Virus record (IMG/VR): IMGVR_UViG_3300035520_001285
Coordinates: 22,232-86,231 of that record
Origin: a virus
Lineage: Duplodnaviria > Caudoviricetes
Reading direction: 5' to 3' (one strand)
DNA: 64,000 nucleotides
This document shows, one piece after another, positions 40,064-50,917 of the stretch (positions are counted from its first letter, which is position 1; every line of letters starts with the position of its first letter). The notes beneath the pieces were generated by a model. It made no database searches. It saw only the letters and a program-made list of their open reading frames with translations, and was not told where the DNA came from. The translations under genes and the position numbers were made by a program.

Positions 40064-40070
40064 TATTTAT
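40064..40070 (+). promoter_or_regulatory. Putative phage late promoter TATTTAT
   Basis: 22 nt before ATG 40093, just after a short ttgact/agtcaa hairpin. Confidence 0.6.
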
Positions 40071-40092
40071 TATAAAAGATTTTTAGAAGAAA

Positions 40093-41004
40093 ATGAGCGG
40101 TGTTTTTGGAACAAAAAAACCAGCACAAATAACATCAAACGATGTAGATATATATTATTATTACAGACCTTCAAGAAGTACAGAATCGGCTGATTTTGCA
40201 AACTTTAAGAAACTGAATAGTAGTTTATTGGCAGCAAGCAATGCCGAGGACGACAGTGGCAGTCAAATTCCCTTGATGGGTATGTATGATTTGAGATTGC
40301 CATTGAGTGTGTTTGGCAGCGTTGGCATCTATACAATATACATTAAACCAAGGGAAATTAAGGGAGTGATAACGGATGTTAGCACTCTTGCTGCATATCC
40401 AAATATTAAAGGCGTAGTTTTAGATGCTAACGATTTTGAAACATCTGATGCAACCATATTTGCAAATAATGGTTTAGTTGGCTATAGGATAGAGTACTAC
40501 GACACGGAATCGGGTACGGATAAACAGGATTATTATCGTATTATCACATCTAATAATAAGTGCGAGCCTGTTGCGCAAAATCTCAATGATTCATCTCAAA
40601 AAGGCATTCGTTATCGTTTCAATGAATCAAGCACTTTGACATTCTGCACCGTAACGCCTTCAACTTCTATGTCTTTTAAGAGTAGCAATACCCCTTATAT
40701 CGGTGTTACATCACAGAAGGTAGCATTGGTAAACACAAAATTTAATCCAGTTATGTTGGAGATTGAGATTGTTGACCATGATATTGAAACAATATCTACA
40801 ATGCTTGAAGGTGACCAATCTCGCAATATGGATAGCGGTTTAATTACCACCTATACTAAGGATGGTGGTATTTATCATCAAGCCAATCTTCTTACAGTTG
40901 TTAACTCGGATGAGGGCATCAACCATGACGTTAAAATCACTAATAAAGACTCCGTTGTCTCTTCTGAAGCTGACAAATTTGAAAACATCAAAAACAACAT
41001 CTAA
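40093..41004 (+). CDS. Putative virion structural protein
   Basis: 303 aa, beta-rich, preceded by a TATTTAT box; stop overlaps the next start (TAATG). Confidence 0.55.
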   Translation: MSGVFGTKKPAQITSNDVDIYYYYRPSRSTESADFANFKKLNSSLLAASNAEDDSGSQIPLMGMYDLRLPLSVFGSVGIYTIYIKPREIKGVITDVSTLAAYPNIKGVVLDANDFETSDATIFANNGLVGYRIEYYDTESGTDKQDYYRIITSNNKCEPVAQNLNDSSQKGIRYRFNESSTLTFCTVTPSTSMSFKSSNTPYIGVTSQKVALVNTKFNPVMLEIEIVDHDIETISTMLEGDQSRNMDSGLITTYTKDGGIYHQANLLTVVNSDEGINHDVKITNKDSVVSSEADKFENIKNNI

Positions 41005-44000
41005 TGGCTAAAAGTAAGTACACCGTAATAAAAAGTAACTATACTCTTCGCAATAGAAGACAAAATATAAATAAAGGTACTATCTACGAGCGTGATTATG
41101 CAGTAACTAACACTCAAAGCTCGTGGGATGATGGTGTATTCCCTTATGGAGAGTCTAACTTTAAATTAACAAGACGTTATCCTGAAAACGGGATACGAAA
41201 GCATAGTTTTGGCGATTGGCTAAAGCAAGATGTTTGCATTACGGATGATAACAATGGGCAGTATTGGACTTTGAATTGTATCACTGATGATGCAAATGCC
41301 AAGAATGAAAATGAAATCATTCTTAAGCCTAACTATGGTTCAATGCTTGACTTTGCTTATTATGGTAGTTGTGCCGATTTGCTTCGTGTTTCACTAGATA
41401 ATATTATTAATAACTTTCCCGCCGAACTCTTTATCAAGGATAGTGGGATAGAATACTATGATGATGCCGAAGGGAAAACTGTAAAACTTGGCTCAACCAA
41501 CATTAAAGACGTTAGAGATGCACAAAATGATGCAAGTTATAACAATCCCAACAACTTAAGTATTCTTAACATAACTGAAGACACAGCGGTTTGTATTGAA
41601 AATCCATTCGACTTGAATTTAACAAGAACTACACTACCAAATAGTTCGGATGTAAACGAACTAAGATATTTTTGTAGTTCGGCAAATAAATATGACATCT
41701 TAAATTCAAATGATACTTTAGTTGCTTGCGCTTGTGATTGGCATGTGATATATAGAGCTAAGGCCTGTAAAAATGGGCAACTTACTGCAATCATTGCTTT
41801 GAATAATGTATTTGATACCGAGAGTAATGGTAAGCCGTTTGTTGTTTTTGAGTATTACTTAAATAAAAGACGTTTTCTTCTTTGTCATAAGAAATATGCA
41901 GGCTATAAGATAAGGCCTACTAAAAAAATTATTTCGGATTTCTTTGATGGTTTGGATGATTTTGAGAAATTGCTCTTAAATCAAAATTCAAACCCTATAT
42001 TTACATGTACGATAGATTATCCTCACGAAACAGAGAAGGGTATATTCTCTTACAAAAAGCAATTTACTTGGCCAACAATACATGATTGGAATTTAGATAT
42101 CTCATCTGTGGTTTATGCTGATTATGTAAATGGGCTTCTTGAAATAGCCGAGTTCTACGATAATGGTTATGCTAACAATCTGTGGAATATGATGATACAT
42201 GACTCTATCAAGAACATGGATTTAACATATACGAAGCAGGGCGATGATAATGAGCAGGAAGACTTTGCAACAGCTACAAGCCGAATTGAGGGTATAATGA
42301 AAGCTATTGCACGCCAATTCGATGATATTAAGCGTTCAATAGACAATATTCAATACGTAAACAGCATTACATATAACCAATTCAATAACCTCCCTGATTA
42401 TTTTCTTACCGATAGTTTAGAAATGTCTGGATGGGAGGTTTATAGTTCAGTGAGTGGGTTAAATAGTGATGTTACTGTAACTTCAGATTATGCAGGTGAG
42501 GAAAAAGAATATACGTTATCAGACGTAAACACTAACTTTATGCGCTGCCTTAAACTTAACTCTAAAGATATTCTTAGAAGAAAAGGCACTAAGGAATCTA
42601 TAGAAATGATTTTAGGCTTATTTGGGCTGAGGTCTTACGATTTTGAACGTGGTTTATATAATAACTTAAGTAACAGTGAGAAATGCACAAGCAAAGCCTT
42701 AAATTCACAAAAGGTGTACAATGCAAGTAATTTTGAAAAGGCGTCATTTGTATTAAACCCAACGGTAGGCTCATCATATGTGGATAAAAACGCCGTAACC
42801 ACTATTGGCTCAGCTATTAATATTGACGTTGAACGTGGTGATAAAATTACCATAAGGGTTAATGGTGGCCGTTTATCATATGTTTTGGTGGACGATAATG
42901 GTACAGTGGTATTATATAGAACTGTTAGCAATAATGCTTTCGTTACCATTCCACAAAAGGGGCATTTCATTGTTCGTTTTTCAAATATATCAGTACCTAC
43001 GGTTTTAATTATTCATGAATATAGAGGCAAAGTATTAACTTTCGACGCATTATCGGCAGGTACTTCTGAAAATGTTGAAATCACTGATTTATACGATTAT
43101 AAAATTGATGAATTCGTACAAGTTGCCAAGGGTGGAGAAAGTGGCTTGACTTATAATTCAAATGGCGAGTTGTCTGAGCTTGAAATTGAGAAATGGAATA
43201 GTACAAAACTGAATTATACAGGAGATGATAATGGAGATACATTAGAGGGCCTACCCTGTGCCATGGTATATTTCACTTCAGGGGATACCGATTATAAGTA
43301 TATTATACCGTGGTTTAAGAACACCTCTGAATTGGACGGTCATCCCTATTTTCAAATGTATGGTGGATGGGGTAAAATGTATAAAAAAGCCATTGAAAAT
43401 AGCTTAGCCCCTAATCTTGATACTATCTATGGTTCTGATGATGGCTACGAAAAAGTTGCAATGAGCTCCATTACTTATGGTGATGTTTTTACATTCGACA
43501 CTGCTTATGATAGTATTTCGGGTTCTACCTCAGGTGGCACATCTCAAACCTCGACTCGTAGCGCAACTTTCTATGGTAATAGTGGTTATACCTATGATAT
43601 AATTAATCCAAATGCCGTTCAATTTACGGTAGCTTTATATGATGAGAATGAAGATGTTGTCTCGGTAAACACAAGTAAGGCTAAAAGCTATAGGTTTGAA
43701 TTTACACAAGATGGTGAACAGGCTATAGTATCTTTTAAGAGTGCCATGCAGATAGTTTCACTTAATGGCGATGTGCTGAGCGGTTCTACATACGTTAAAA
43801 ACGGAGATATTTTAACTGTTTCAAATGTTACTCCCGAACAAATTGTTGAAGTGGCATATACAGACACTTTAAGTGGCATTAAAAAAACAGCATCTTTATC
43901 AAGTATTGGTGTTAACCAAGCTTCATATGTAAATAATAATGATACAATTCTTGTCGATAGTATAACTATTGACGGAAGTACAACAAGCCTTTCTGACTTG

Positions 44001-45101
44001 ACGGTTAAAGTCGGTGATAGCGCATTTGCTGTTAAAACAAGCTACTATCGTATCAAGCCCATTAAAGGAATTACGCTATACGACGAGTCTTTGAAATACA
44101 TCAATATTGTTAGAACAATCTCAGATTTAACTGAAGTTGATTATAATAAGTTAAACGGTGGTGATGTATTCTATGTTTTCGATATTAGTGATTACGAAGA
44201 AAACTACGGTGAGACTTTAAACGGCACAATTTCTCATTATTTCATATTGAATGACAAGAATAATTTATCACAATACGGATATAATGAATCAACAGATACT
44301 TACGGATGGGAGAATATACCCGTTTATGATATTGAAAATGGAGAGAATAACGGTCTAAGAGTTTTATACCTTGAAAGCATAGTAGATGATTATAAAGCGA
44401 ATGCACCACATGTAGGCTATGGAAACTACGACAATGGCGAGGAATTTTTAGATTACTTTCGAACCCTGTTGAAATATAGTATTACCGAAGATAATTTTAA
44501 TGATTCAGCTTACGCTTGTGAAGACGGGGCGCTTAGCCCAAATATTTCTAATATTGGCTTTGAGCTTACCGAACAGCTCGATAATATGAAGTGTTGGTAT
44601 TTCACAGACACAGCAGGTGGAAATAGAAATCTCCTTAAAGTTTCAAGTGAAAATGTTGAAAATGGTAAAGCTACAGTTACTCTAAATAACAAAACATATT
44701 CAGTAACAAGTGATGTCTCCCAAGATTCAATAAGCGGCAAAACTGATTCATCTGTTAATGTTGGTGTTAAAAATGCAAATACCTCATACACTTCGGAGTT
44801 ATCAGCTTACAACTACGAAAACGGTAAAACTGACGATAACGATGAGGCGGCTGCTAATTCAGTTATCAATACAAAACGAATAAGAATACAATTTGTCGGC
44901 GAACATGCATTAGCCGATGAATTCAGACCTTATTTATATTCTTCTATTCTTCCTTATATCAAGCAAGTAATTCCGTCTACGGCTATTCTTGAAATCTCGA
45001 TTCTTGGTGAGGAAGCAACATTTACTTCATTCAATACATTAAAGGCGGTTGGGCTTGCTGAAGATGAAGATGTACTTATTGCCCGTTATAATAAGAGTTA
45101 A
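41004..45101 (+). CDS. Large baseplate-wedge-like structural protein with probable inserted beta-rich modules
   Basis: 1365 aa; ILRRKGTKESIEMILGLFG and YIKQVIPSTAILEI segments resemble gp7/P2 gpI-like wedge proteins. Confidence 0.5.
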   Translation: MAKSKYTVIKSNYTLRNRRQNINKGTIYERDYAVTNTQSSWDDGVFPYGESNFKLTRRYPENGIRKHSFGDWLKQDVCITDDNNGQYWTLNCITDDANAKNENEIILKPNYGSMLDFAYYGSCADLLRVSLDNIINNFPAELFIKDSGIEYYDDAEGKTVKLGSTNIKDVRDAQNDASYNNPNNLSILNITEDTAVCIENPFDLNLTRTTLPNSSDVNELRYFCSSANKYDILNSNDTLVACACDWHVIYRAKACKNGQLTAIIALNNVFDTESNGKPFVVFEYYLNKRRFLLCHKKYAGYKIRPTKKIISDFFDGLDDFEKLLLNQNSNPIFTCTIDYPHETEKGIFSYKKQFTWPTIHDWNLDISSVVYADYVNGLLEIAEFYDNGYANNLWNMMIHDSIKNMDLTYTKQGDDNEQEDFATATSRIEGIMKAIARQFDDIKRSIDNIQYVNSITYNQFNNLPDYFLTDSLEMSGWEVYSSVSGLNSDVTVTSDYAGEEKEYTLSDVNTNFMRCLKLNSKDILRRKGTKESIEMILGLFGLRSYDFERGLYNNLSNSEKCTSKALNSQKVYNASNFEKASFVLNPTVGSSYVDKNAVTTIGSAINIDVERGDKITIRVNGGRLSYVLVDDNGTVVLYRTVSNNAFVTIPQKGHFIVRFSNISVPTVLIIHEYRGKVLTFDALSAGTSENVEITDLYDYKIDEFVQVAKGGESGLTYNSNGELSELEIEKWNSTKLNYTGDDNGDTLEGLPCAMVYFTSGDTDYKYIIPWFKNTSELDGHPYFQMYGGWGKMYKKAIENSLAPNLDTIYGSDDGYEKVAMSSITYGDVFTFDTAYDSISGSTSGGTSQTSTRSATFYGNSGYTYDIINPNAVQFTVALYDENEDVVSVNTSKAKSYRFEFTQDGEQAIVSFKSAMQIVSLNGDVLSGSTYVKNGDILTVSNVTPEQIVEVAYTDTLSGIKKTASLSSIGVNQASYVNNNDTILVDSITIDGSTTSLSDLTVKVGDSAFAVKTSYYRIKPIKGITLYDESLKYINIVRTISDLTEVDYNKLNGGDVFYVFDISDYEENYGETLNGTISHYFILNDKNNLSQYGYNESTDTYGWENIPVYDIENGENNGLRVLYLESIVDDYKANAPHVGYGNYDNGEEFLDYFRTLLKYSITEDNFNDSAYACEDGALSPNISNIGFELTEQLDNMKCWYFTDTAGGNRNLLKVSSENVENGKATVTLNNKTYSVTSDVSQDSISGKTDSSVNVGVKNANTSYTSELSAYNYENGKTDDNDEAAANSVINTKRIRIQFVGEHALADEFRPYLYSSILPYIKQVIPSTAILEISILGEEATFTSFNTLKAVGLAEDEDVLIARYNKS

Positions 45102-45122
45102 GAGTTTACACACATTTAGCCA

Positions 45123-46460
45123 ATGGCAACAGCATATAAATGGGGAATAACAAATAGTAAATACGCCTACTTAATGGGTGGCTATGAACTAAATAGTTAT
45201 GACTCATCAAATATAGGTTCTTATCCATTTATATCTTCTGAAGCAGTAGATGAAGATATGATATCTTATATGGTTAACAACCTTTCTGAAGATGAATATA
45301 AAGAGAAATATGAAGAGTTAACAACACTTATTAAAGAAGATACTGATGGAACTAAGAAATCAATTCTATCCTACAAGTATTACTTTAATGTCAACTCTAC
45401 TCATTGCACCGTTAGTCAACAGAATAACAATTCATCTCAATCTTCAGGAATTTCTTCTGTCACGCAAACCAAAGAGAATGGCATTAATACCATAACGTTT
45501 AGTCTTACTAATGGTAAAAGTTTTAATGTTGTAATTTCGGATGGCCAAAACGGTAAGGATGGTGAGCAAGGAAAAGCAGGCGAAACGGGTATCACTACGG
45601 TTAAGTATAATGATGTAGATAGAACACAAATTGCTTCGGTTATAAATGAAATGAATTTACTTGATAGTGTTAAAGAAACTGCCAATCAAGTAATTGTAGA
45701 GCATATCAATAATCTAAGTTCCACAATCGAAAAATACAAAGCTACAATAGATGATTTAAGTTCTGCTGCGGTTGCTACTGATTCTTCAATGAAGTCATTA
45801 TCTTCTTCTATTAGTGCTTGCAAGAATTATAGTGAAGAGACTATAAGTAAAATACCTGAATTACAAACTACGGTGGAAGAAGCCACAGCAATCGTTGAAA
45901 ACAATAAGGCTTTGGTGAATGAATTGTCTCAAAAAGTTAAAAGTTATGGGGATGTATTAACTGATGCTAATAATAAGTTTGAGTATGCTTATCAATCATT
46001 AAATGCCCTTGAAGAAAAGTCATCTACTACGGAAAATGCCCTTGCTTTATTGGGCACGGATTTAGCAACATATAAAAAATCTATATCAGATTTTAATGAA
46101 AGTTATTATAAATTAGCTAACTCATTTCAAGAATTCAAAGAGTATACTAAGGATTTATATAAATATTACTCAGGGATTACAGATTCTTCTATTGAACGTT
46201 TAGATAATGCAGAAGTTTGCCTTTCGGCATACACAAATAACTTTGTACATATTGATTCTAATTTTTCCGAAATTAGTGTTTATCTAAACGATATCGGTGA
46301 GAAATTAGATAATGCAGTAGAAGTGCTATCATCTAATATTAATACTATGAATGAGAATTTCTCTTTAATTGAAAATAAATTTAATGCATATACAGGAGCA
46401 ACGGAAACAAAGTTAACCGAACTCACTAATGCAATTAACGAATTGAAAGGAACTAACTGA
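45123..46460 (+). CDS. Tail fibre-like protein A (short collagen-like segment plus long coiled coil)
   Basis: DGQNGKDGEQGKAGETG collagen-like run, about 250 aa of heptad-like sequence; N-terminal ~100 aa similar to the next gene. Confidence 0.6.
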   Translation: MATAYKWGITNSKYAYLMGGYELNSYDSSNIGSYPFISSEAVDEDMISYMVNNLSEDEYKEKYEELTTLIKEDTDGTKKSILSYKYYFNVNSTHCTVSQQNNNSSQSSGISSVTQTKENGINTITFSLTNGKSFNVVISDGQNGKDGEQGKAGETGITTVKYNDVDRTQIASVINEMNLLDSVKETANQVIVEHINNLSSTIEKYKATIDDLSSAAVATDSSMKSLSSSISACKNYSEETISKIPELQTTVEEATAIVENNKALVNELSQKVKSYGDVLTDANNKFEYAYQSLNALEEKSSTTENALALLGTDLATYKKSISDFNESYYKLANSFQEFKEYTKDLYKYYSGITDSSIERLDNAEVCLSAYTNNFVHIDSNFSEISVYLNDIGEKLDNAVEVLSSNINTMNENFSLIENKFNAYTGATETKLTELTNAINELKGTN

Positions 46461-48520
46461 TGGCTTCAGCATATAAATGGCAAGTATCAAATGGCAGATA
46501 CGCTTACTTAGTAGGAGCAAATAAAAATCATGAATATACAGAAGGTTCCTTGGATGAATATTGCTTCATTTCTTCGGCCATTGTGGATGAAGATGGCATT
46601 TCATTAATAGTCAAAAATTTAAGTGAGGAAGAATACTCTGATAAGTATGATGCACTTAAGACTCTTCTTGCTTCGGATACGGAGGGACAAAGATTGAATA
46701 TGCTTAGTTATCGGTATTTTTACAATACTGATGACTCGTCTTGTAATGTTGTAAAAGACACATCTTCCATAAGGGGTGCTGTTGGCACCACAGGTGTTGG
46801 CATCGATGGTATTACTTACAAATACGATAATACCAACAATACCACTATCGTAACTGTTCATTTGACGGATAATACAACTTATCCTATTGTTATTAAAAAC
46901 GGTACCAACGGCACCGATGGCAAGGATGGCAAAGACGGTGTAAGTGGAGTAACCACAACTCATGTTGTTTATGATTTTGATAAACAAGATGAGATAATGA
47001 ATGAAATTTACTCCAGTGTATTAACATCTGTTAGAAGTGATTTAACTGAATTGAAAAACAATCTCCAAAATCAGCTTGATAATGCGAATAGTGCTATTTC
47101 AGGCTTGAGTGGCGATGTAGCATCGGTATATAAAAATTTTGATGATAGTACAGCCTCATACAATATTATATTACAATACTACAATGGGCTCAGTAGCTCT
47201 ATAACGGAACTGCAAGAATATTATGATGGCATAAATGGTAGGCTGCAGACAAGCATAGATAATGTTGAAACATTATCGGGCACTGTAACTCAATACAAAG
47301 AAGATATTGATGTATCGAGCGGCCAATATGATGAATCATTTTCTCGTTACGATTCAGTTTCAGACCAATTAAATTCATGGAATGAAAAATTCGATGCCTT
47401 AAAGAATGAATACGATAATACCGTTGCCACACTTACAGGTGATGGCGCAGTTAGTTTAAGCCAAATTTGCCAAACTGCTGATAGCCTTAAACTTATTGTC
47501 GAAAATAGTAACGGCATCGCAGCTGGTATTGTTGCAAGTATCAATAATGATAATAGTGATATAAAAATCAAAGCTGATAGAATCTATCTTTTAGGTGAAA
47601 CAATTGTTAAAGAATTGAACGCAATCGATTTAAGTATTAACGGCGGTAAATCAAAGTTTAATCAAGATGGTTCAGGTTATGTTGCCAATGGTGCAATTCT
47701 TTGGAATAACGATGGCAGTGGCTATATTGGTGGAAAAAGCGGTATTACATGGAATACAAACGGTGATATAAATTTTGGCAAAGAAATTAATGTAAAAATT
47801 GATGGTGATTTGAGCGCTATGGACGTTACTCTCGGTAATGGTACATCATATTTTGATAAAAGCGGTTCTGGCTTTGTAGCCAATAAAGGTATAATTTGGA
47901 ATGCGGATGGTAGTGGCAGTATCGGCAATGGAGCTATTAGTTGGGATGCTGCTCATAAAGTTACATTTTCTGATGATGTAGTCCTTTCTTCGGACCAAAT
48001 CACAATCGACGCCGATACTGTAATTGGTATATTAAATGAAAACGCAATCAATGGTGGTGCATCAAGGTTTAATAAAGATGGTTCAGGTTACTTAGCTAAT
48101 GAGAATATTTCATGGGATTCAAAAGGTAGTCTCAAAGTGAAAGGCGATATTACCGTATCAACTATGAGATATGTATCAAAAGACCCCGATTCATGGGGAG
48201 CCAAGACTGTGCTAAACGATGCCTTCGCCATCGCATGGCTTGGGGGTGCTTATGAATTTGTTTTGCCTGCTTTGGATAGTGGCGAATTTCGTACTATTAA
48301 GTTAGTTATTCCTTTAGTTTCTCGTGCAGGGGGTTCAGTGACATTAATCCCACAAAACTCAGATGTGCGTCTTATTAAAAACGCTAATAATATCACAAAA
48401 ACTTTTACCTCTCTTAACCTTTCTGAAGATACAGACTTTAGTGCCAAAGGTTATTTTGAATTATTAGGCTACTGCTCTAACAATAATACATATTGGCATG
48501 TATGTGCTCTATCAGAATAA
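46460..48520 (+). CDS. Tail fibre-like protein B (collagen-like, coiled coil, three FxxDGSGY/F-W repeats, C-terminal tip domain)
   Basis: NGTNGTDGKDGKDG, coiled coil, repeats such as GGKSKFNQDGSGYVANGAILW / GGASRFNKDGSGYLANENISW. Confidence 0.65.
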   Translation: MASAYKWQVSNGRYAYLVGANKNHEYTEGSLDEYCFISSAIVDEDGISLIVKNLSEEEYSDKYDALKTLLASDTEGQRLNMLSYRYFYNTDDSSCNVVKDTSSIRGAVGTTGVGIDGITYKYDNTNNTTIVTVHLTDNTTYPIVIKNGTNGTDGKDGKDGVSGVTTTHVVYDFDKQDEIMNEIYSSVLTSVRSDLTELKNNLQNQLDNANSAISGLSGDVASVYKNFDDSTASYNIILQYYNGLSSSITELQEYYDGINGRLQTSIDNVETLSGTVTQYKEDIDVSSGQYDESFSRYDSVSDQLNSWNEKFDALKNEYDNTVATLTGDGAVSLSQICQTADSLKLIVENSNGIAAGIVASINNDNSDIKIKADRIYLLGETIVKELNAIDLSINGGKSKFNQDGSGYVANGAILWNNDGSGYIGGKSGITWNTNGDINFGKEINVKIDGDLSAMDVTLGNGTSYFDKSGSGFVANKGIIWNADGSGSIGNGAISWDAAHKVTFSDDVVLSSDQITIDADTVIGILNENAINGGASRFNKDGSGYLANENISWDSKGSLKVKGDITVSTMRYVSKDPDSWGAKTVLNDAFAIAWLGGAYEFVLPALDSGEFRTIKLVIPLVSRAGGSVTLIPQNSDVRLIKNANNITKTFTSLNLSEDTDFSAKGYFELLGYCSNNNTYWHVCALSE

Positions 48521-48536
48521 AAACTTTTTTAAAACT

Positions 48537-49001
48537 ATGCTATACTTCAGCAATAAAGATATTAGAAACGATATTCAAGAATTTAGGGATGATATAAAGG
48601 GACGGGTAGCCCATGCAAGGAAATGCTACAATGATTTATTAGAGCATTTCAATGATTTGTCCGAACAATACCGACAAGAAGAAGCTAAACGTTGGCAAGA
48701 ACGCTTTGAAGAAGAGGTTAAACTCTATATGGACTGTGTGAGACATCCTCTTTATATTGGAAAACGAATTAGCTGTGGCATTTATGATTACAAAATAATC
48801 GTAGATGTTGAATGGGAAATGCCATCATTGACGGACGACAAAGAATACCCCATTATCAAAAAATTGAAATATGAGGATTGGACTTTTGGCCGTGGCAATA
48901 TCTTAATGCATAAGGTAGGCGAGAGTAATACTGCCTACCCTGAAAATGATGAAGGTTTTCTTGATTGGTTAGAACGACGTGAAGATATGTCTGATGCTTA
49001 A
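48537..49001 (+). CDS. Hypothetical protein
   Basis: Track ORF 48498..49001; ATG 48537 after an AT-rich leader preferred; helical N-half. Confidence 0.55.
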   Translation: MLYFSNKDIRNDIQEFRDDIKGRVAHARKCYNDLLEHFNDLSEQYRQEEAKRWQERFEEEVKLYMDCVRHPLYIGKRISCGIYDYKIIVDVEWEMPSLTDDKEYPIIKKLKYEDWTFGRGNILMHKVGESNTAYPENDEGFLDWLERREDMSDA

Positions 49002-49005
49002 AAAC

Positions 49006-49040
49006 AAAAAACCTCTTGGTAGTTTCTGCCGAGAGGTTTT
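49006..49040. terminator. Bidirectional terminator
   Basis: aaaacctcttggtag-tttc-tgccgagaggtttt between convergent genes, A and T runs on both sides. Confidence 0.75.
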
Positions 49041-49046
49041 CTAATA

Positions 49047-49871
49047 TTAGAGATTTAATATTTCTTCTTCATCTTTCTCTATATCCTCCTCATTTTTAAT
49101 TTTGAAAGTATAGAAACCGTAATTTTCATCGCTATAATCAACTTCTTGATAGGTTTGACTTTCTATATCCCATATCAAAAAACCATGCTTTGAAAGATTT
49201 TCACCGTGGTCTTGCTGCACTAATGAACCACAATAAACTAATTTAGTACCCTCGTAATCAATGCATTGCCGTTTATGGATATGCCCCATTAAGGCAAAAT
49301 CTACATCGGCAAAATATGAGGGGTCTATACCTTCACTTGAAACATACCCCGTATCGGTTTTTGAGGATGTTAATTCACCATGAAATAGCCCAATTAAAGC
49401 AGAATTAGGACTTGAAATGGCAGCTTCTTTAATTGGCGGTTTTGCAAAATTATCAAAACATGAATAAAGGCACCAAATTACATTATCATCACTAAAGCAA
49501 TCGGAAGCATAACCTGTCTCCATATCAAGGAAATAAACTTGCTTAAAATTGCACATATTAAAGATTGCAGTAAGTGGGTCTAATCTGTCAAAGTTTTGTA
49601 TCTTATCATGATTGCCTGCGATTACAATAGTCTTACATATATTATCAAGCTCATTAAAAAACCATGAAACCATAGTGTAGCATTCTGGAGATAGCTCTGT
49701 TTTGCTATGGACAATATCGCCTGCAACCACAATTCTAACTTCTTCGGGATTATGTTCTTTGCAGAATTTTGTGCATTTATCAATAAACCATTGAAGTTTT
49801 GTTTTGTATTCATCCATACGCCTATTATTACGTATGTGAATATCACCTGTATGTATAATATACTTAATCAT
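49047..49871 (-). CDS. sbcD: SbcD/Mre11/gp47-like metallophosphoesterase nuclease
   Basis: HTGDIH, AGDIVH, AGNHD, LFHG, MGHIHK, YCGSLVQQDHGE motifs. Confidence 0.85.
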   Translation of the reverse strand: MIKYIIHTGDIHIRNNRRMDEYKTKLQWFIDKCTKFCKEHNPEEVRIVVAGDIVHSKTELSPECYTMVSWFFNELDNICKTIVIAGNHDKIQNFDRLDPLTAIFNMCNFKQVYFLDMETGYASDCFSDDNVIWCLYSCFDNFAKPPIKEAAISSPNSALIGLFHGELTSSKTDTGYVSSEGIDPSYFADVDFALMGHIHKRQCIDYEGTKLVYCGSLVQQDHGENLSKHGFLIWDIESQTYQEVDYSDENYGFYTFKIKNEEDIEKDEEEILNL

Positions 49872-50881
49872 TACTCAAAAAGTAAATCTATTTCTGAAAA
49901 TTTTTTCATTGACCTTAAAGTCATTATCATTCCTTTTTTGCCATAATATTCATAGATTTCACCAAAATCTTTACAGCCATATAATCTTATGAAATAAACT
50001 TTATCTTTAAGACGGCCTGTATTTAGAATTGAGTAAATCTTTTTGGTTTCGGATATATCAGTATCGGCATCTAATGCAATGATAACACGTGCATTAGCTC
50101 TCTCTTTTAATGTTCTATATAGCTTACTGTCTTTTTTAAGCGTTTTGCCTAATAAGCTAATGCAATTATTCATATAGATAGCATCAAAGGTGCCTTCGCA
50201 AAGTATAATGTCAGAATCAAAGTCTATTAAAGATTCTTGAAATATAATTTCGGTTTTCTCTCCATCTGAATTTTTATATTTATACTTTGATTTACCTGTA
50301 AAATCACGTCCCGACCAATAGTTTAAATCACCCCATTCATCATAAGATGGGACAACAATTCGGTTTCTTACGCCAAAGTCATTATCTTCCCATGTAGTAT
50401 AGCCAATATTAAATTTATCTATAATGTCTTGAGTTACCTTACGCCTGTCAAGATAATTCTTTACTATCAAAGGACAACTTCCAAGGTTTATCTTCTTAAA
50501 TGAAGATGGTAAACGTATAATGTTTTCATTATCAATGAGCTGCTGTATTTCAAAGCCGTCTAATTCATATAATTTGGATTTGATTAGGCTATCCAACTCA
50601 TCCATATAGCGTTGGTATAAGTAGTGATTTCCATATTTTTTTATCAATTTGGATATTTTACCTTTCATTGAATCATCGATGGAACTGCATGACCAACACT
50701 GAAAAACTTGTTTATATAAATTGATTTCAAGGTTGTATTTCCGTTTCTCATTTTCGCCTTTCTCTTCAATACATTTAGGGCAAGCGAACTGTAGCTGCCC
50801 TGATTCGGTACAGTCTGCTTTAGGTTCGCCTAAAAATTCTGAAAGGATATTTTGAATGTTTTTGAAACCTTGTGGAATCAT
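49871..50881 (-). CDS. dnaG: DNA primase (Zn-binding plus Toprim)
   Basis: CPKC...CWSC Zn motif, YLDRRKV, RIVVP, YWSGRD, KYKN, LCEGTFD, ALDAD, KDFGE. Confidence 0.85.
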   Translation of the reverse strand: MIPQGFKNIQNILSEFLGEPKADCTESGQLQFACPKCIEEKGENEKRKYNLEINLYKQVFQCWSCSSIDDSMKGKISKLIKKYGNHYLYQRYMDELDSLIKSKLYELDGFEIQQLIDNENIIRLPSSFKKINLGSCPLIVKNYLDRRKVTQDIIDKFNIGYTTWEDNDFGVRNRIVVPSYDEWGDLNYWSGRDFTGKSKYKYKNSDGEKTEIIFQESLIDFDSDIILCEGTFDAIYMNNCISLLGKTLKKDSKLYRTLKERANARVIIALDADTDISETKKIYSILNTGRLKDKVYFIRLYGCKDFGEIYEYYGKKGMIMTLRSMKKFSEIDLLFE

Positions 50882-50917
50882 CTTTATTATACGTTTGAAG
50901 TTTTGTGGTAAATATAC

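Noticed and set aside
46460-48520. Diversity-generating retroelement target in the fibre tip
   Set aside because: No reverse transcriptase and no second near-identical copy of the 3' region in this window.
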